From Polyangiales bacterium (lineage in GTDB: Bacteria > Myxococcota_A > Polyangia > Polyangiales > JADJQN01), in contig CAXNJO010000003.1 in the NCBI GenBank assembly GCA_964202905.1, forward strand, positions 576,001-640,000: DNA of 64,000 nucleotides, in the 5' to 3' direction. How positions within the stretch are numbered: the first letter of the stretch is position 1; the number at the start of each line of letters is the position of its first letter. Shown piece after piece: positions 41,567 to 52,419 of the stretch. A program made the translations under genes and the position numbers. The notes beneath the pieces were generated by a model. It ran no database searches. It worked only from the letters and a program-made list of their open reading frames with translations, and was not told the DNA's origin.

Positions 41567-43169
41567 TCAAGGCCCGACGATCGCCCGCACCCGCGCGACG
41601 ATCGCATCGCACGCAGTTCCGATGGCCGTCGGCGTCGCGGCGATGTGATGATCCGTGAGCGGCTGGCCGAGATCGGTGAGCATCGCGTCGAACTGCGCCG
41701 GCGCGGGGCTCGCGGAGGCCGAGTCGAAGACGATCAGCGTCGTACCGCTCGCGCGGAGCGCATCGCGCACGGCAGGCCACTGCGCCGGCGCGGGCGTGAT
41801 CCCGGTGTAGGGGCTGTAGAGGCCCGCGCCCGTGGGGTTCGGGCCGTTGTGAATCGGGCTGTCGGTATGCATCACGACGACCCGCGCGGCGCTCGAGCGC
41901 CAGCAGCCGCCGGGCACGCGCCCAGCCGAACAGCTGAGGCCGGACGCCGACGAGGGCAGCACGCCGCCCGCCAGGACGGAGAGCGCCTCGACGGTGGCTT
42001 CCGGCGCATCGCTGCCGCCAAAGGACGGGCGCGTCGTGACCTCCGCCGCGATCGCCGACGCGGAGGCGACCGGCTCGATCCCGCCCTCGAAAGGCCGATC
42101 ACCAGCTGCACCGTAAAATTCGACGGGGAAATCCGCGAAATACGACACGCCCACCTGCACGCCGCTGAGCGCGAGCAGCGGCACGATGCAGCGCGATGTG
42201 ATCGTGGGCAGGTCCGTCGTCACCGCAGGGCTGTTCGAGGTCGCCTGCTCGAACAGGAGCGTCACGTCGACGGGACGCATGCTCGAGCACGGCGAAACCT
42301 CCTCCGTGTAGCCGCAGGCGGCATCACAGCGGAGCAGGCGCGTCTGACCCGAGGGGCAGCCCGCCCCCGTGCGCGTCGTCGCGCCGGGCATGCAGCTGCC
42401 CTCTGCCGTGCACGCGCCGAAGGTCGTCCACGTGCAGGTGTCGGTGCAGCGCGTCGTCTGCGTCCCGCACATCCCGCACGACTCGCTGCCGGTCGTCCCC
42501 GGCATGCACACGCCCTCGCCGGTGCAGGTGCCGTACTCCCACACACGCGACGCGTTGCAGAATCGGTCGCGCGTCCCGCACCTCCCGCACGACTCTTGCT
42601 CGAGCGCGCCCGGCGTCGGGCACGCATCCGCCATGCACGCGGAGACCGGCTCGAAGCTGCACGTGTCGCTGCACAGAAGTTCGCGCGTCTCGCCCGCGCC
42701 GCAGCCCGCGCCCGAGCGGGTGCGCGTGCCCGGCGCGCAGCTCCCCTCGCCGCCGCAATCGCCCGCCGACTCCCACGTGCACGCCGCGGTGCAGCGCGTC
42801 GGGCGCGATCCGCACATCCCGCACGACTCGCTCGCCGTCGTCCCCGGCATGCACACGCCCGACTCGCCCTCGCAGGCGCCGTACGCCCACACCAGCTCGG
42901 CCGTACAGAAGCGCTGCGACCGTGCCGCACATCCCGCAGGGCACGCTCTCGATCGCGCCCGCCGTCGTGCACGGGTCGGTCGCTCCCGCGTCCTCGACGC
43001 TTCCCCCGCCTCCGTCAGCACCCGGGCCACCATCGACGTCGCCGGCACCATCTCTCTCGACGGCGCCGTCGACCGTCGATGCACCGCTCGGCTTCTCGCT
43101 CCCGCAGGCCGACACCACACCGACGAGCGCCCCGACGAGCGCGACCCGACCGATCATCCTGAGATTCAT
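41567..43169 (-). CDS. Cys-rich repeat + vWA-like lipoprotein (frameshift at about 42915-42921)
   Basis: AGGAG RBS, VVSAC lipobox in one frame; CGMCG repeats then VDVTLLF...ADFP...GGSDAPE...VVVMHTD in the next frame. Confidence 0.75.
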
Positions 43170-43389
43170 TTCCTGCTCCTTCGGAGGCCAAGCGACCGCG
43201 TCGACGGCGCGGGGCCAAATCATGCCACAAGCCCCCCCCCCAGCCATGGGGATTCTGGGAGCCGACGTCCCCGCAGACGACGGTCGGAAGTACACGGCAC
43301 GCGTCGCTGAATCCGTCGATGGCGCGACAACGCACGTGTCGTTCGCCGGCCATGCGACGCCGGGGACCGTCCGATTCCCTTGCTCGATG

Positions 43390-43797
43390 GGATGACTCGT
43401 TCGCAGCGGAGCCCGCCGCTGTGTCCGTCACCCATCCTCGGGCGAATGAGTCGGAGAATCTCCACGCGTTGGGCGTAGACCGTGGTGTGGTCGTCAGCGT
43501 CGACATCCGTTCAATCGACCGCAGCGACGACGTCGGGCGTCGTACCGACGACGTGCCGGACCAAGGGAAGGATGAGTTCCTCGAGCCTCTCCCCCCGTCG
43601 CGCAGCAGCCGATCGAGCGACCGGATCCCGCTCTTGCCCTGAATCCTGCGCAACGCCGCCATGCTGCGACCCACCGCGGCGATCGACCCCTGGCTCGCGT
43701 TCAAGACGCCCGCCACGCCGCTCGCGAAAGAGCACACCCGCGCGAGGTGCCGGTCCGCGCCGAACACATCCTCGAGCAACTCGGTCATGTGCGCCAT
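43390..43797 (-). pseudogene. IS4-family transposase remnant
   Basis: LEDVFGADRHLARVCSFA...SIAAVGR...GIRSLDRLL, then frameshifted VVAAVD*TDVDADDHTT (DWT motif with TGA); most of the DDE domain is missing. Confidence 0.7.
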
Positions 43798-44117
43798 TCC
43801 GGTCTGCGTTCTCGGCGACACACACCGGGGGCGGCCACCACGTCGCGACCATCGGAAAGCACGAGGCGCGCTCCATGCGCAGGCAACACGGGCCGTCGCA
43901 GACGGGATCCCCGAGACGCATCGACGATGCCCGGCCGCTCGCGGCACGTCCCTTCCGCCGTTCGCCGGGCACCGGTCGGCGGCCCCAACTCGAGGGCCCC
44001 TCAGCTTCATCCTGGGAGCCGCACTCGGCCTTCAACGCCCTGGAAAACACCCGAACTTCCACCCCCAGCGCTCGGCCTGCAAGACACGGATGCGCGCGAC
44101 GTGCTGTCCTCACCGCC

Positions 44118-46229
44118 TCACGGCGCCGCGGCCGCGGCGCGCAGCTCGGGGCGATCCGCATCCTTCGCGTAAAGCGGCGGTGAGCCGATCGGCGCCATCG
44201 CCTCGATCGTGCGGCCGCCCTCGACGCGCGTGCCCGTCCAGACGTCGAACCACGTGCCCGGCGGCAAGTAGACGCTGCGCGAGGTCGCTCCCTCTTCGAT
44301 CACCGGCGCGGCGAGCAGCGCGTCACCGAGCAGGAACTCGTCGTCGATCCCGCGGCTGCCCGGGTCGTCGGGGTAGACGAGACAGAGCGGCCGCATCATC
44401 GGCGCCGAGCTCGCCTCGGCCTCGGCGGCGAGCCGCGCGAAGTCGGGTTTGAGCGCCTCGTGGAGCAACGACATCCGGCGCGTGTGCGCGATCGTCTCGG
44501 CGTCCGAGTTCCAGTCCCAGTTGACCGTGCGCTGCAAACCCTCGTGCGTGCGGAAGATCGGCGTGAGCGCGCCGAGCTCGGCCCAGCGGAGCCACAGTTC
44601 CTTCGTGCTCGGCCCACCGCTGAAACCCGCGACGTCGTGCGTCACGTAGGGCAAACCGCTCACGCCGAGCGAGAGCAGCGCGGGCATCACGGTCGGCAGA
44701 CCGTCCGTCTCCTCGTAATCCGCTTCTTGATCGCCAATCCACACGATCTGCGCGACGCCGTGCTCGCGCGTCCAGCCCGAGCGCGTGAACACCGCCCAAT
44801 CGCCGTCCGGGCGCGCGCGGTCCATCACCGCACGCGAGGCGCGATGCCAATCGGTCGGATAGAGGTTGTGCACGAGCCGCGCGGGGCGGCCGTCCGCGAG
44901 CGTCGCGTCCATCGGGAGCCACTCGCCGAAGTCCGCCATCCAACCATCCATACCGAGATCCTCGACCATCGCGCCGAGGAAGCCCTCCACGTACGCGTAG
45001 GTTTCCGGCTTCGTGAAATCGGGCATCGAGCCGCGCAGCTCGAGGATCGGCATGTCGTACGTGGCCGAATCCGTCGGATCGCGGAGCAGCAATCCCGCGG
45101 ACTCCATCGGATCGAAATGATCCAGCCCGCGCGGGACGAAGGGATTCGCGTAGCCCAGAAACCGTACGTCGCGAGAATGCAATTCTGAGATCATCCCCGC
45201 GAGATCGGGATACCGCATCTCGTCCGCGACCCAGCGATAGAGCACGCCGAAGCGCTCCGGCGTGATCTCGCGCTGCCCCGTCCAGTCCTGCGCCCACAAC
45301 GCCGAGAACGGCACGCGCGCGTCGCGGAGCGCCTGCTCCTCGGCGAGCACCGCGTCGCGGCCGCCCTGCACGCCGATCCACAGCGAGAATGCCCACTCGG
45401 GCGGGCGCGCAGGGCGCCCCACCGCCGCGCCGAGCTGTTCGACGACCTCGAGCGGACGCGGCCCGTGAAACACGAGCATCTCGAGCGGCGCGTCGTCCTC
45501 GACTTCGACCGTCGCGCGCGCGGGGTCGGCCGCGCAGAGATCGACGAGCGTCCGCGCGGGGGTATCGACGAGCACGCCGAAGCCGCGCAGATCGAGCCAG
45601 TACGGCATCGGGAAATAGGTGCGATGGCGGTCGCGCGGGCTGATGCGGCCAATCCCCTGCTCCTCGATGAAGAGCGGGAACGCCTCGCCGCGGTGGTCGA
45701 GCTGGTCGTACTGCGCGCCGAAGCCGAGGAACGTCGCCTCCGCGTCGCACGCGAACGGCAGGCCGATGGCATCGAACGCTGCGCCGTCCGTGTGATTCAC
45801 CGCGAGCACGAGCCGTGTGCTGCGCTCCGCCTCGCCCACGCCGACGCGCAGCGTGGCGCGTGTCCCGTCGGTGCCCTCGAAGTCGAGCAGCACCTCGCCG
45901 CCCTCCTCGCGCGCCCCGACGTAGCGGCCCACGGCGAAGTCGCGGACGTCGCCGCGCGTGAAGCGCCACGTGCCGAGCAGGCTCGACGAGCCGGGCGAAA
46001 AACGCCGCGCGAAGGGCCCGCCGGGCGCGAGCGCGGCGAGGGCGCGGTCGCCGTCGAAGAGCCGCACACCGCCGCGCGGGTCGACTTCGACGCGCGTTCC
46101 GTCCGGAAGCGTGTGCATCGACGCGGGCGCGAGCGGCGGCGCGTCGTTGTCGCCACAGGCGCTCAGCGCGGAGACGGCGACCAGAGCGGCCATGATGGGC
46201 GAGGCGGCGAGGGTTCGCGAAAATCGCAT
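44118..46229 (-). CDS. Glycoside hydrolase family 31 lipoprotein (YihQ-like clade)
   Basis: LSAC lipobox; WAQDW, GWMADFGEWLP, WIGDQ, FRTHEG, LLAAPV. Confidence 0.88.
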   Translation of the reverse strand: MRFSRTLAASPIMAALVAVSALSACGDNDAPPLAPASMHTLPDGTRVEVDPRGGVRLFDGDRALAALAPGGPFARRFSPGSSSLLGTWRFTRGDVRDFAVGRYVGAREEGGEVLLDFEGTDGTRATLRVGVGEAERSTRLVLAVNHTDGAAFDAIGLPFACDAEATFLGFGAQYDQLDHRGEAFPLFIEEQGIGRISPRDRHRTYFPMPYWLDLRGFGVLVDTPARTLVDLCAADPARATVEVEDDAPLEMLVFHGPRPLEVVEQLGAAVGRPARPPEWAFSLWIGVQGGRDAVLAEEQALRDARVPFSALWAQDWTGQREITPERFGVLYRWVADEMRYPDLAGMISELHSRDVRFLGYANPFVPRGLDHFDPMESAGLLLRDPTDSATYDMPILELRGSMPDFTKPETYAYVEGFLGAMVEDLGMDGWMADFGEWLPMDATLADGRPARLVHNLYPTDWHRASRAVMDRARPDGDWAVFTRSGWTREHGVAQIVWIGDQEADYEETDGLPTVMPALLSLGVSGLPYVTHDVAGFSGGPSTKELWLRWAELGALTPIFRTHEGLQRTVNWDWNSDAETIAHTRRMSLLHEALKPDFARLAAEAEASSAPMMRPLCLVYPDDPGSRGIDDEFLLGDALLAAPVIEEGATSRSVYLPPGTWFDVWTGTRVEGGRTIEAMAPIGSPPLYAKDADRPELRAAAAAP

Positions 46230-46341
46230 GCGCCGATGGATAACACGCCGCGCGGCCCCCCCGATGCGGCAGCGCTGCATGCCACCGCGCACGCGATTCG
46301 CGCAGCGGGCCGCGCGCGCGGCTGTGTATGCTCGCGCCGCC

Positions 46342-47529
46342 GTGCGCGACGCCGACCCCCTCCCCCACCTCGATTACGCCGCCTTCGCCGCCGAGCTCGA
46401 CGCCCTCGGGCGCGCGCTGCGCGCCTCGCTCGGGCCCGCCGACTTCGCGCACCACCGCCGCCTCGCGCGCATCGGCCGCACGCTCGAGGCGCTCGGCTAC
46501 GCGACGGCGTGGCTCGCGCCCAACCCGCTCTCCGCGGGCCTGCTCGCGACGGGCAGCATGGCGCGCTGGGCGATCGTCGCGCACCACGTCTCGCACCGCG
46601 GACTCGACCGTATTCCCGGAGTCCCCGAGCGCTGGACGAGCCGGGGATTTGCGAGGGGCTGGCGGCGCTACGTGGATTGGCTCGACTGGATCTCTCCCGA
46701 AGCGTGGGATGTCGAACACAACAAGCTGCATCACTACCACACGGGTGAGCGCCTCGACCCGGACCTCGTCGAGGAGAACATGGCCGGCGTGCGCGACGCG
46801 GACTGGCCGCGCAGCGCCAAGCTCGCCCTCGCCGCGCTCATCGCCTCGTCCTGGAAGCTCTCGTACTACGCGCCGAGCACGTTCCAGGTGCTCCGCCGCG
46901 GCGAGCGGCTCCGCGCCGCGGGCCAGCCCATCGACGCCGACGCGATGCGCTCGGACGAGCCCTACGCGGCGGCCTTCGATCCGCGCACCGAGGAGGGCCG
47001 CCGCTTCTGGCGCACGTGCGTGCTCCCCTACGGGATCGCGCGCTTCGTCGTCGGGCCCGCGCTCTTCGCGCCGCTCGGCCCGCTCGCGTCGCTGCACGTG
47101 TTGCTCAACTCGCTCGGCGCCGAGGTGCTCACGAACCTCTACACCTTCGCGATCATCGTGCCGAACCACACCGGCGAGGATCTCTACCGCTTCGAGGGTC
47201 CCAACTCCGATCGCCCCGAGTTCTACGTGCGGCAGATCCTCGCCTCGACGAACTTCACGAGCGGCGGCCCGGTGCGGGACTTCCTGCACGGCTATCTCAA
47301 CTACCAGATCGAGCACCACCTCTGGCCCGATCTGCCGCCCGCCGCCTACGCGCGCGCCGCCCCGAGGGTGCGTGAGATCTGCGCGCGCCACGGCGTCCCG
47401 TACGTGGAGGAGAGCGTCTGGGAGCGCACCCGCAAGGCCCTCGCGGTGATGGTCGGCGACGCGAGCCTGCGCCGCGGTCGCCCCCGCACGCGCCGCGAGC
47501 GGGAGGCCGAGCCACTCGCCGCCGAGTGA
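46342..47529 (+). CDS. Membrane fatty acid desaturase
   Basis: His boxes HHVSH, HNKLHH, QIEHHLWP. Confidence 0.88.
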   Translation: MRDADPLPHLDYAAFAAELDALGRALRASLGPADFAHHRRLARIGRTLEALGYATAWLAPNPLSAGLLATGSMARWAIVAHHVSHRGLDRIPGVPERWTSRGFARGWRRYVDWLDWISPEAWDVEHNKLHHYHTGERLDPDLVEENMAGVRDADWPRSAKLALAALIASSWKLSYYAPSTFQVLRRGERLRAAGQPIDADAMRSDEPYAAAFDPRTEEGRRFWRTCVLPYGIARFVVGPALFAPLGPLASLHVLLNSLGAEVLTNLYTFAIIVPNHTGEDLYRFEGPNSDRPEFYVRQILASTNFTSGGPVRDFLHGYLNYQIEHHLWPDLPPAAYARAAPRVREICARHGVPYVEESVWERTRKALAVMVGDASLRRGRPRTRREREAEPLAAE

Positions 47530-47547
47530 GGCGTCGCGAGGGTGCGG

Positions 47548-47684
47548 TGCGCGCCACCCCCAGCGAAGAATCCGAATCTCCAATGCCGAGAATGCGATTC
47601 ACCTTCAACCGTGAATACGATTCCTCGCCCGCCTTGAATCCAATTCTTGACCTAGTGAGAATCTGATTCTCGGTGGGGTGCGCA
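47548..47684. repeat. Array of five GAAT-N3-ATTC palindromes with imperfect flanking inverted repeats
   Basis: GAAT at 47568, 47590, 47613, 47636, 47659; flanks GCGCCACCCC / GGGGTGCGC. Confidence 0.8.
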
Positions 47685-47700
47685 GGGGACTCGACCGGGT

Positions 47701-49487
47701 TCAGCGCGCGGCAGCGGGCGCGTGGCGCGCGTCGCCCGGTGCGACCACGAGGAGCCGGTAGTCGCCGACCGGCATCGCGGGCGGCACGCCGAAATTGCCG
47801 CGAAAATCGCCGCTTTCGCGGCTGACGGTGACGCCGAGCAGGAGCGCCCGGTCACCGCGCGCCGTGCGGAGCGAGACCTCGACGCGCTGCCCCGCGACGC
47901 CGACGCCCGCCATGTCCGTGACGCGCCCCGTGACGAGCAGCTCGCGGCCGCGGAACACCTCGCGGTAGAAGGACTGCACCTCGAGCGAGAGCGCGACACG
48001 CTGCGGCGGGCCCGGCGTCCACGCGGCCTCGGACGTGCTTTCCGCAGCGGCCGTGTCGGTGCGCGGTTCCGCGCCCGCGGCGCTCGGCGTGGGTGGCGCG
48101 ACCTGCGCGCCCTCCGTCGGCGCGGCGGACGGGGACGCCTCGGTCGGAGCCGCCGTGCCCCGCTCGTCCCGCCGCTCGCGAGCGCGCTGCCCGCCCCCGG
48201 GAGCGTGAGCGGGTCGTCGGCGCGCAGGCCGGGAGCGCTCCGCTGCTGCGAGTAGCTGCGCTCGAAGGCCTCGGGGCGCGGCAGCAGATCCGGCGTCTGT
48301 GGGCGGTAGACGGGCGCGTCGCGCGCGCCGTGCGCCTCGAGCCCGTCGGCCGCGCCGCCGAGGTCGATGCGCAGCCAGCCGGCGGCGTCGGGCTGCTTCA
48401 CCTCGACCCAGGCGTGCGCCTCGTTCTGCACGAAGCGCGCGGGGATCCCGAGCGCGTGCGCCACGATCACGAAGGCATACGCGCGGTGACGACACACGCC
48501 CTTCATGCCCCGCGCGAGGTCGAGGAAGATGTCCCCGCTGTCCGCGGGTGGCGTGGCCGACTCCTCGAACGCGCGGAAGTGCGCGACGAGCCCACCGACC
48601 GCCTCGGCGAAGGGCATGCCGCGGCGCAGGCCGTGCTCGGCGGCGAAGAGCACCGCGCGCCGCTGCACGCCCGCCGGCAGCGGGAAGACCTCGGCCGCGC
48701 GCGCGTCGACGGGCTGGCGCGAGAGCGGCATCGAGAAGTAGCCGCGCGGCGCGTCCATGAGGAAGGTGAGCCGCACCTCGCCGCGGATCGGCGCCGCGGC
48801 GACGACGTAGAAGTTGTCCGCCGAGTCGCGCTCGACGCGCAGCAGCGCCTCGGGCTCGCTGCGCAGCGTGAGCACGCGCGAGTCGGGCGCGACGCTCGGC
48901 AGCGGCAGCGTCGTGCCGCCGTCGAACTCGAGCACCACGGTGCCCCAGAACTTGTCGCGCGGGCGCGCGTCGGGCGCGGGCGCGCTCGCTCCCTCGACGG
49001 GCACCGCGACGCGCGGCTGCGGGCGCGCGATACCGAGCACGGGCGTCACACCATCTTGGGAGAGGGTGACGACGTCGAGCGCCGTCACGCGCTTATAGGG
49101 CGCGATCGCGGGCGAGAAGACCTCGAAGTAGTGCAGCGTGCTCTCGAGGTCCGTGATCCGATCGGGGCGGAAGCTCGAGGAGCGGCGCCCGGGTTGCTCC
49201 TCCCTCGCGCCGTCGCCCGGCTGCGCACGCATCGGCCGCTCGTCCGCGGAGAGCGCGCCCGCCTCGGGGGGCGGGACGACCTCGCCCCTGACCACGATCG
49301 CCGCGGGTTCGGCGCCCTCCTGCGCGACGAGCAGCGTCCCCTCGTCCTCGCTCGGGCTCGGCACGAACTCGTGCAGGACGCGGTCGTCGGCCCGCACGAG
49401 CAGCACGGCCGCGAGCCCGCCGAGCAGCGCGGCGCCCCCTGCGAGGACACGGCGCGGCGCGGCTCCGTTCGGCGGACGGCGTGACAC
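47701..49487 (-). CDS. Transglutaminase-like domain protein (frameshift at about 48160)
   Basis: GVCRHRA...GIPARFV.NEAHAWVEV...WLRID; a coherent C-terminal Ig-like domain continues in another frame after a G-run. Confidence 0.8.
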
Positions 49488-49609
49488 CCGGCCGAGCGTA
49501 GCAGCGCGGGCGCGCCGCGCGCCGCCGGGCGCAACCCCGCGCGATGCCCCGCCGCATGCGCCCGCCGCGCTCCGGTGTCATCCTCGGCGGCGGAGCCCCG
49601 ACGCTACGC

Positions 49610-50653
49610 ATGTCGCAGATCCCCTACTACCTCGCGGGCGTGCTCGGCCTCTCGCTGCTCGTGATCATCCACGAGTGCGGCCACTACTTCGTCGCGCGCG
49701 CGTTCGGCATGCGCGTGCTGCGCTTCAGCATCGGGCTCGGCCCGGCCATCGTGCGTTACACGCCGAAGGGCAGCCCCACCACGTTCCAGCTCTGTGCGAT
49801 TCCGCTGCTCGCCTACGTGCAGATCGCGGGCATGAACCCCGCCGAGGACGTCGATCGCGAGGACCCGGAGCTCTTCCCGAACAAGAGCGTCTTCGCGCGG
49901 ATCGCAACCATCGCAGCAGGCTCGCTCGCCAACTATCTCTCGGCGTCGGTGCTCTTCTTCGGGCTCGCGCTGGTCGGCCTGCCCGAGGCGGGGCCGCCCG
50001 TCTCGCCGATGCGCGTCGAAGAGGTCGCGCCCGACTCCGCCGCCAAGGCCGCGGGCATCCGCGCGGGCGACCTCGTGCGCGAGGCCGATGGCCAGCCCGT
50101 GCGCGACGTCCGCGACGTGCAGCGCATCACCAAGCAGCGAGGCGCGCGGCCCACCGCCTTCGTGATCGAGCACGACGGGCGCCGCCGCACGCTGACCCTC
50201 ACGCCGAAACTCGACGCAGGCGGCACGCCACGCATCGGCGTCGTCTCCGCGGTGTCGGTGTCCTACGTGTCCAAGCCCGTCGGCGAGGCGCTGAAGCTCG
50301 CGGCGCTCTATCCCTTCCTGTTCTCGGCCGCGCAGGCGCGGGGCATCTACGACATGATCCGCCGGCTCTCGGGCGATGGCCTCATCAGCCCGCGCGGCAT
50401 GACGGAAGAAGCCGCCAAGGCCGCGAAGCGCGGGCCGAGCTCCTTCGTGCTGCTGCTCATCCACCTCTCGATCGCCATCGGCTTCTCGAACCTGTTGCCC
50501 TTCCCCGCGCTCGACGGCGGTCGCCTCGTCTTCCTCGCGTACGAGCTGGTGACACGGCGCCGCCCCAACGAGCGCTTCGAGGCGGTCGTGCACCTCGTCG
50601 GCATGGTCTTTCTGCTCACGGTCGTCGTCGCCGTGATGATCAGCGGGCGCTGA
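49610..50653 (+). CDS. rseP: RseP-like M50 site-2 protease with PDZ domain
   Basis: IHECGH, FSIGLGP, PDZ segment, NLLPFPALDGG. Confidence 0.85.
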   Translation: MSQIPYYLAGVLGLSLLVIIHECGHYFVARAFGMRVLRFSIGLGPAIVRYTPKGSPTTFQLCAIPLLAYVQIAGMNPAEDVDREDPELFPNKSVFARIATIAAGSLANYLSASVLFFGLALVGLPEAGPPVSPMRVEEVAPDSAAKAAGIRAGDLVREADGQPVRDVRDVQRITKQRGARPTAFVIEHDGRRRTLTLTPKLDAGGTPRIGVVSAVSVSYVSKPVGEALKLAALYPFLFSAAQARGIYDMIRRLSGDGLISPRGMTEEAAKAAKRGPSSFVLLLIHLSIAIGFSNLLPFPALDGGRLVFLAYELVTRRRPNERFEAVVHLVGMVFLLTVVVAVMISGR

Positions 50654-50672
50654 GCCCGGCCACGCCCGCACG

Positions 50673-51548
50673 ATGACCGCGCCGCGCTTCTCCGAGTCGT
50701 TCGTCACCGCCAACGGCCTCTCGCACCACACCCTCACCTGGGATGGTCGTGCCCCCGGCGACACGCGCCCCACCGTCCTGCTGCTGCACGGCTGGCTCGA
50801 CCTCGCGTGGAGCTTCGCGTCGCTCGGCGAGGCCCTCGCCGCAGCCGGGCGGCGCGCGGTCGCGCTCGATCTGCGTGGACACGGCGAGACGCAGTGGACG
50901 CCGCCGGGCAGCTATTACCACTTCCCCGACTACGTCCTCGACGTCGACTCGCTCGCGCCGCTGCTCGCGCCCGCCGAGGCGCAGCTCGACCTCTTCGCGC
51001 ACAGCATGGGCGGCACGGTCGCGATGCTCTACGCGGGGGCGCGCCCCGACCGCGTGCGGCGCCTCGTGCTCGCCGAGGGGCTCGGCCCGCCGGACATGTC
51101 GCCCGAGATCCTCGTCGATCGCACGGTGTCCTTCCTCGATGGCGTCGCGCGCACGCGGCAGACGCCGCAGCGCCCGATCGCCTCGCTCGCCGAAGCGCTG
51201 ACGCGGATGCGCGTGCAGAACCCGGAGTTGCCCGACTCGCTCGGCCTCTTCCTCGCGGAGAAGAGCACCGTCGTCACGCCAGCGGGCCGCATGTGGCGCT
51301 TCGATCCGCTGCACCGCACGCGCTCGCCGTCGGTGTTCCGGGTCGATCAGCTGCGCCCCTTCCTGGCGCATATCACCGCGCCGGTGCTCGCCATCGCCGG
51401 CGAGCGCGGCTTCCGCCTCGCGGACGAAGCCGCGCGCCTCGCGTTGCTCCGCGACGCACGCCTCGTCGAGATCGCAGGCGCGGGCCACATGATGCACTGG
51501 ACGCACCCCGCGGAGTTGGCGTCCGCCGTCGTCGACTTCCTCGCGTAG
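50673..51548 (+). CDS. Alpha/beta hydrolase
   Basis: LLHGWLD, DLRGHG, AHSMGG, GAGHMMH. Confidence 0.92.
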   Translation: MTAPRFSESFVTANGLSHHTLTWDGRAPGDTRPTVLLLHGWLDLAWSFASLGEALAAAGRRAVALDLRGHGETQWTPPGSYYHFPDYVLDVDSLAPLLAPAEAQLDLFAHSMGGTVAMLYAGARPDRVRRLVLAEGLGPPDMSPEILVDRTVSFLDGVARTRQTPQRPIASLAEALTRMRVQNPELPDSLGLFLAEKSTVVTPAGRMWRFDPLHRTRSPSVFRVDQLRPFLAHITAPVLAIAGERGFRLADEAARLALLRDARLVEIAGAGHMMHWTHPAELASAVVDFLA

Positions 51549-51561
51549 ACCGCGCAGCGAC

Positions 51562-51783
51562 GTGCGGTCGCAGGCCCGGGTCGCACGGAGGACACGCCTG
51601 CAAGAGGTGCTCGACCAGTTCGGTCCGGCACTTCAGCGACTCGCGCGCAGCTACGAGGAACACCCACCGCTCCGGGCCGACCTCGTCCAGGAGATCTACG
51701 TCGCGCCGGCCGCCACGCACGTCACGACGAAACTGTCGCGCATCCGCGCGGCGCTCACACGCCGCATGGGAGGTAACTCGTGA
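51562..51783 (+). pseudogene. ECF sigma factor with large internal deletion
   Basis: Region-2 start GPALQRLARSYE...ADLVQEI joined directly to the region-4.2 end HVTTKLSRIRAAL. Confidence 0.7.
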
Positions 51784-52343
51784 ACGAAGAGCAGGACCTG
51801 CGGGATCTCTGGCAGTCGCAGGACGTGCCGAGAGCAGAGATCGACGTGCACGCCTTGTCCGCGAGGGCTGGCCAATTCCAGACGTCCATTCGAACGCGGA
51901 ACTTCGTCGAAGTCCTCGCAGCGCTGCTCGTCGCGCCGGTCTTCATCCGGACGGCCCTCGGTACGGCACCGCTGATGGCGCGAATCGGCGCGGCGCTGCT
52001 CGTCGCGGCGGTCGGGGTGATCGTCACGCACATCCACCGGCACGGTCGAAGCGCCGCCGAGAAGCCGCCGCTCGACGGGCCGACGCAGCGTCTCGTGGAT
52101 TGGCATCGCGCGGAGCTCGAACGGCAGCGACGGCGCGTGCGCGCCGTCCCCCGATGGTACGTCGGGCCGATGGTCCCCGGGATGCTGCTGTTCGTGGGCG
52201 GTTTCGCGGGCGAGCACCCCCATCCGTGGCTCTTCGTCGCCTTCGTGTACGGCGTCTGCGCAGGCGTCCTGCTCGCCGTGCTCTGGGCGAATCGGGTCAC
52301 CGCGCGGCACCTCGAACGTCAACTCGCCGAACTCGACGGCTGA
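51780..52343 (+). CDS. Membrane protein, probable anti-sigma partner
   Basis: GGAGG RBS, GTGA overlap; DLRDLWQSQ N-terminus; about 4 TM segments; WYVGP motif. Confidence 0.7.
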   Translation: MNEEQDLRDLWQSQDVPRAEIDVHALSARAGQFQTSIRTRNFVEVLAALLVAPVFIRTALGTAPLMARIGAALLVAAVGVIVTHIHRHGRSAAEKPPLDGPTQRLVDWHRAELERQRRRVRAVPRWYVGPMVPGMLLFVGGFAGEHPHPWLFVAFVYGVCAGVLLAVLWANRVTARHLERQLAELDG

Positions 52344-52419
52344 GCCCGCACGGCCCTCGCAGAAAGTCGCGTGCGCCGGCGTTGCGACGTCGGCCCGCAG
52401 TTCGGCCAAACTCGCCGCG

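Noticed and set aside
47548..47684. Periodic array as a mini-CRISPR
   Set aside because: Period is only 23 bp with an 11-bp gapped motif, and there are no cas genes
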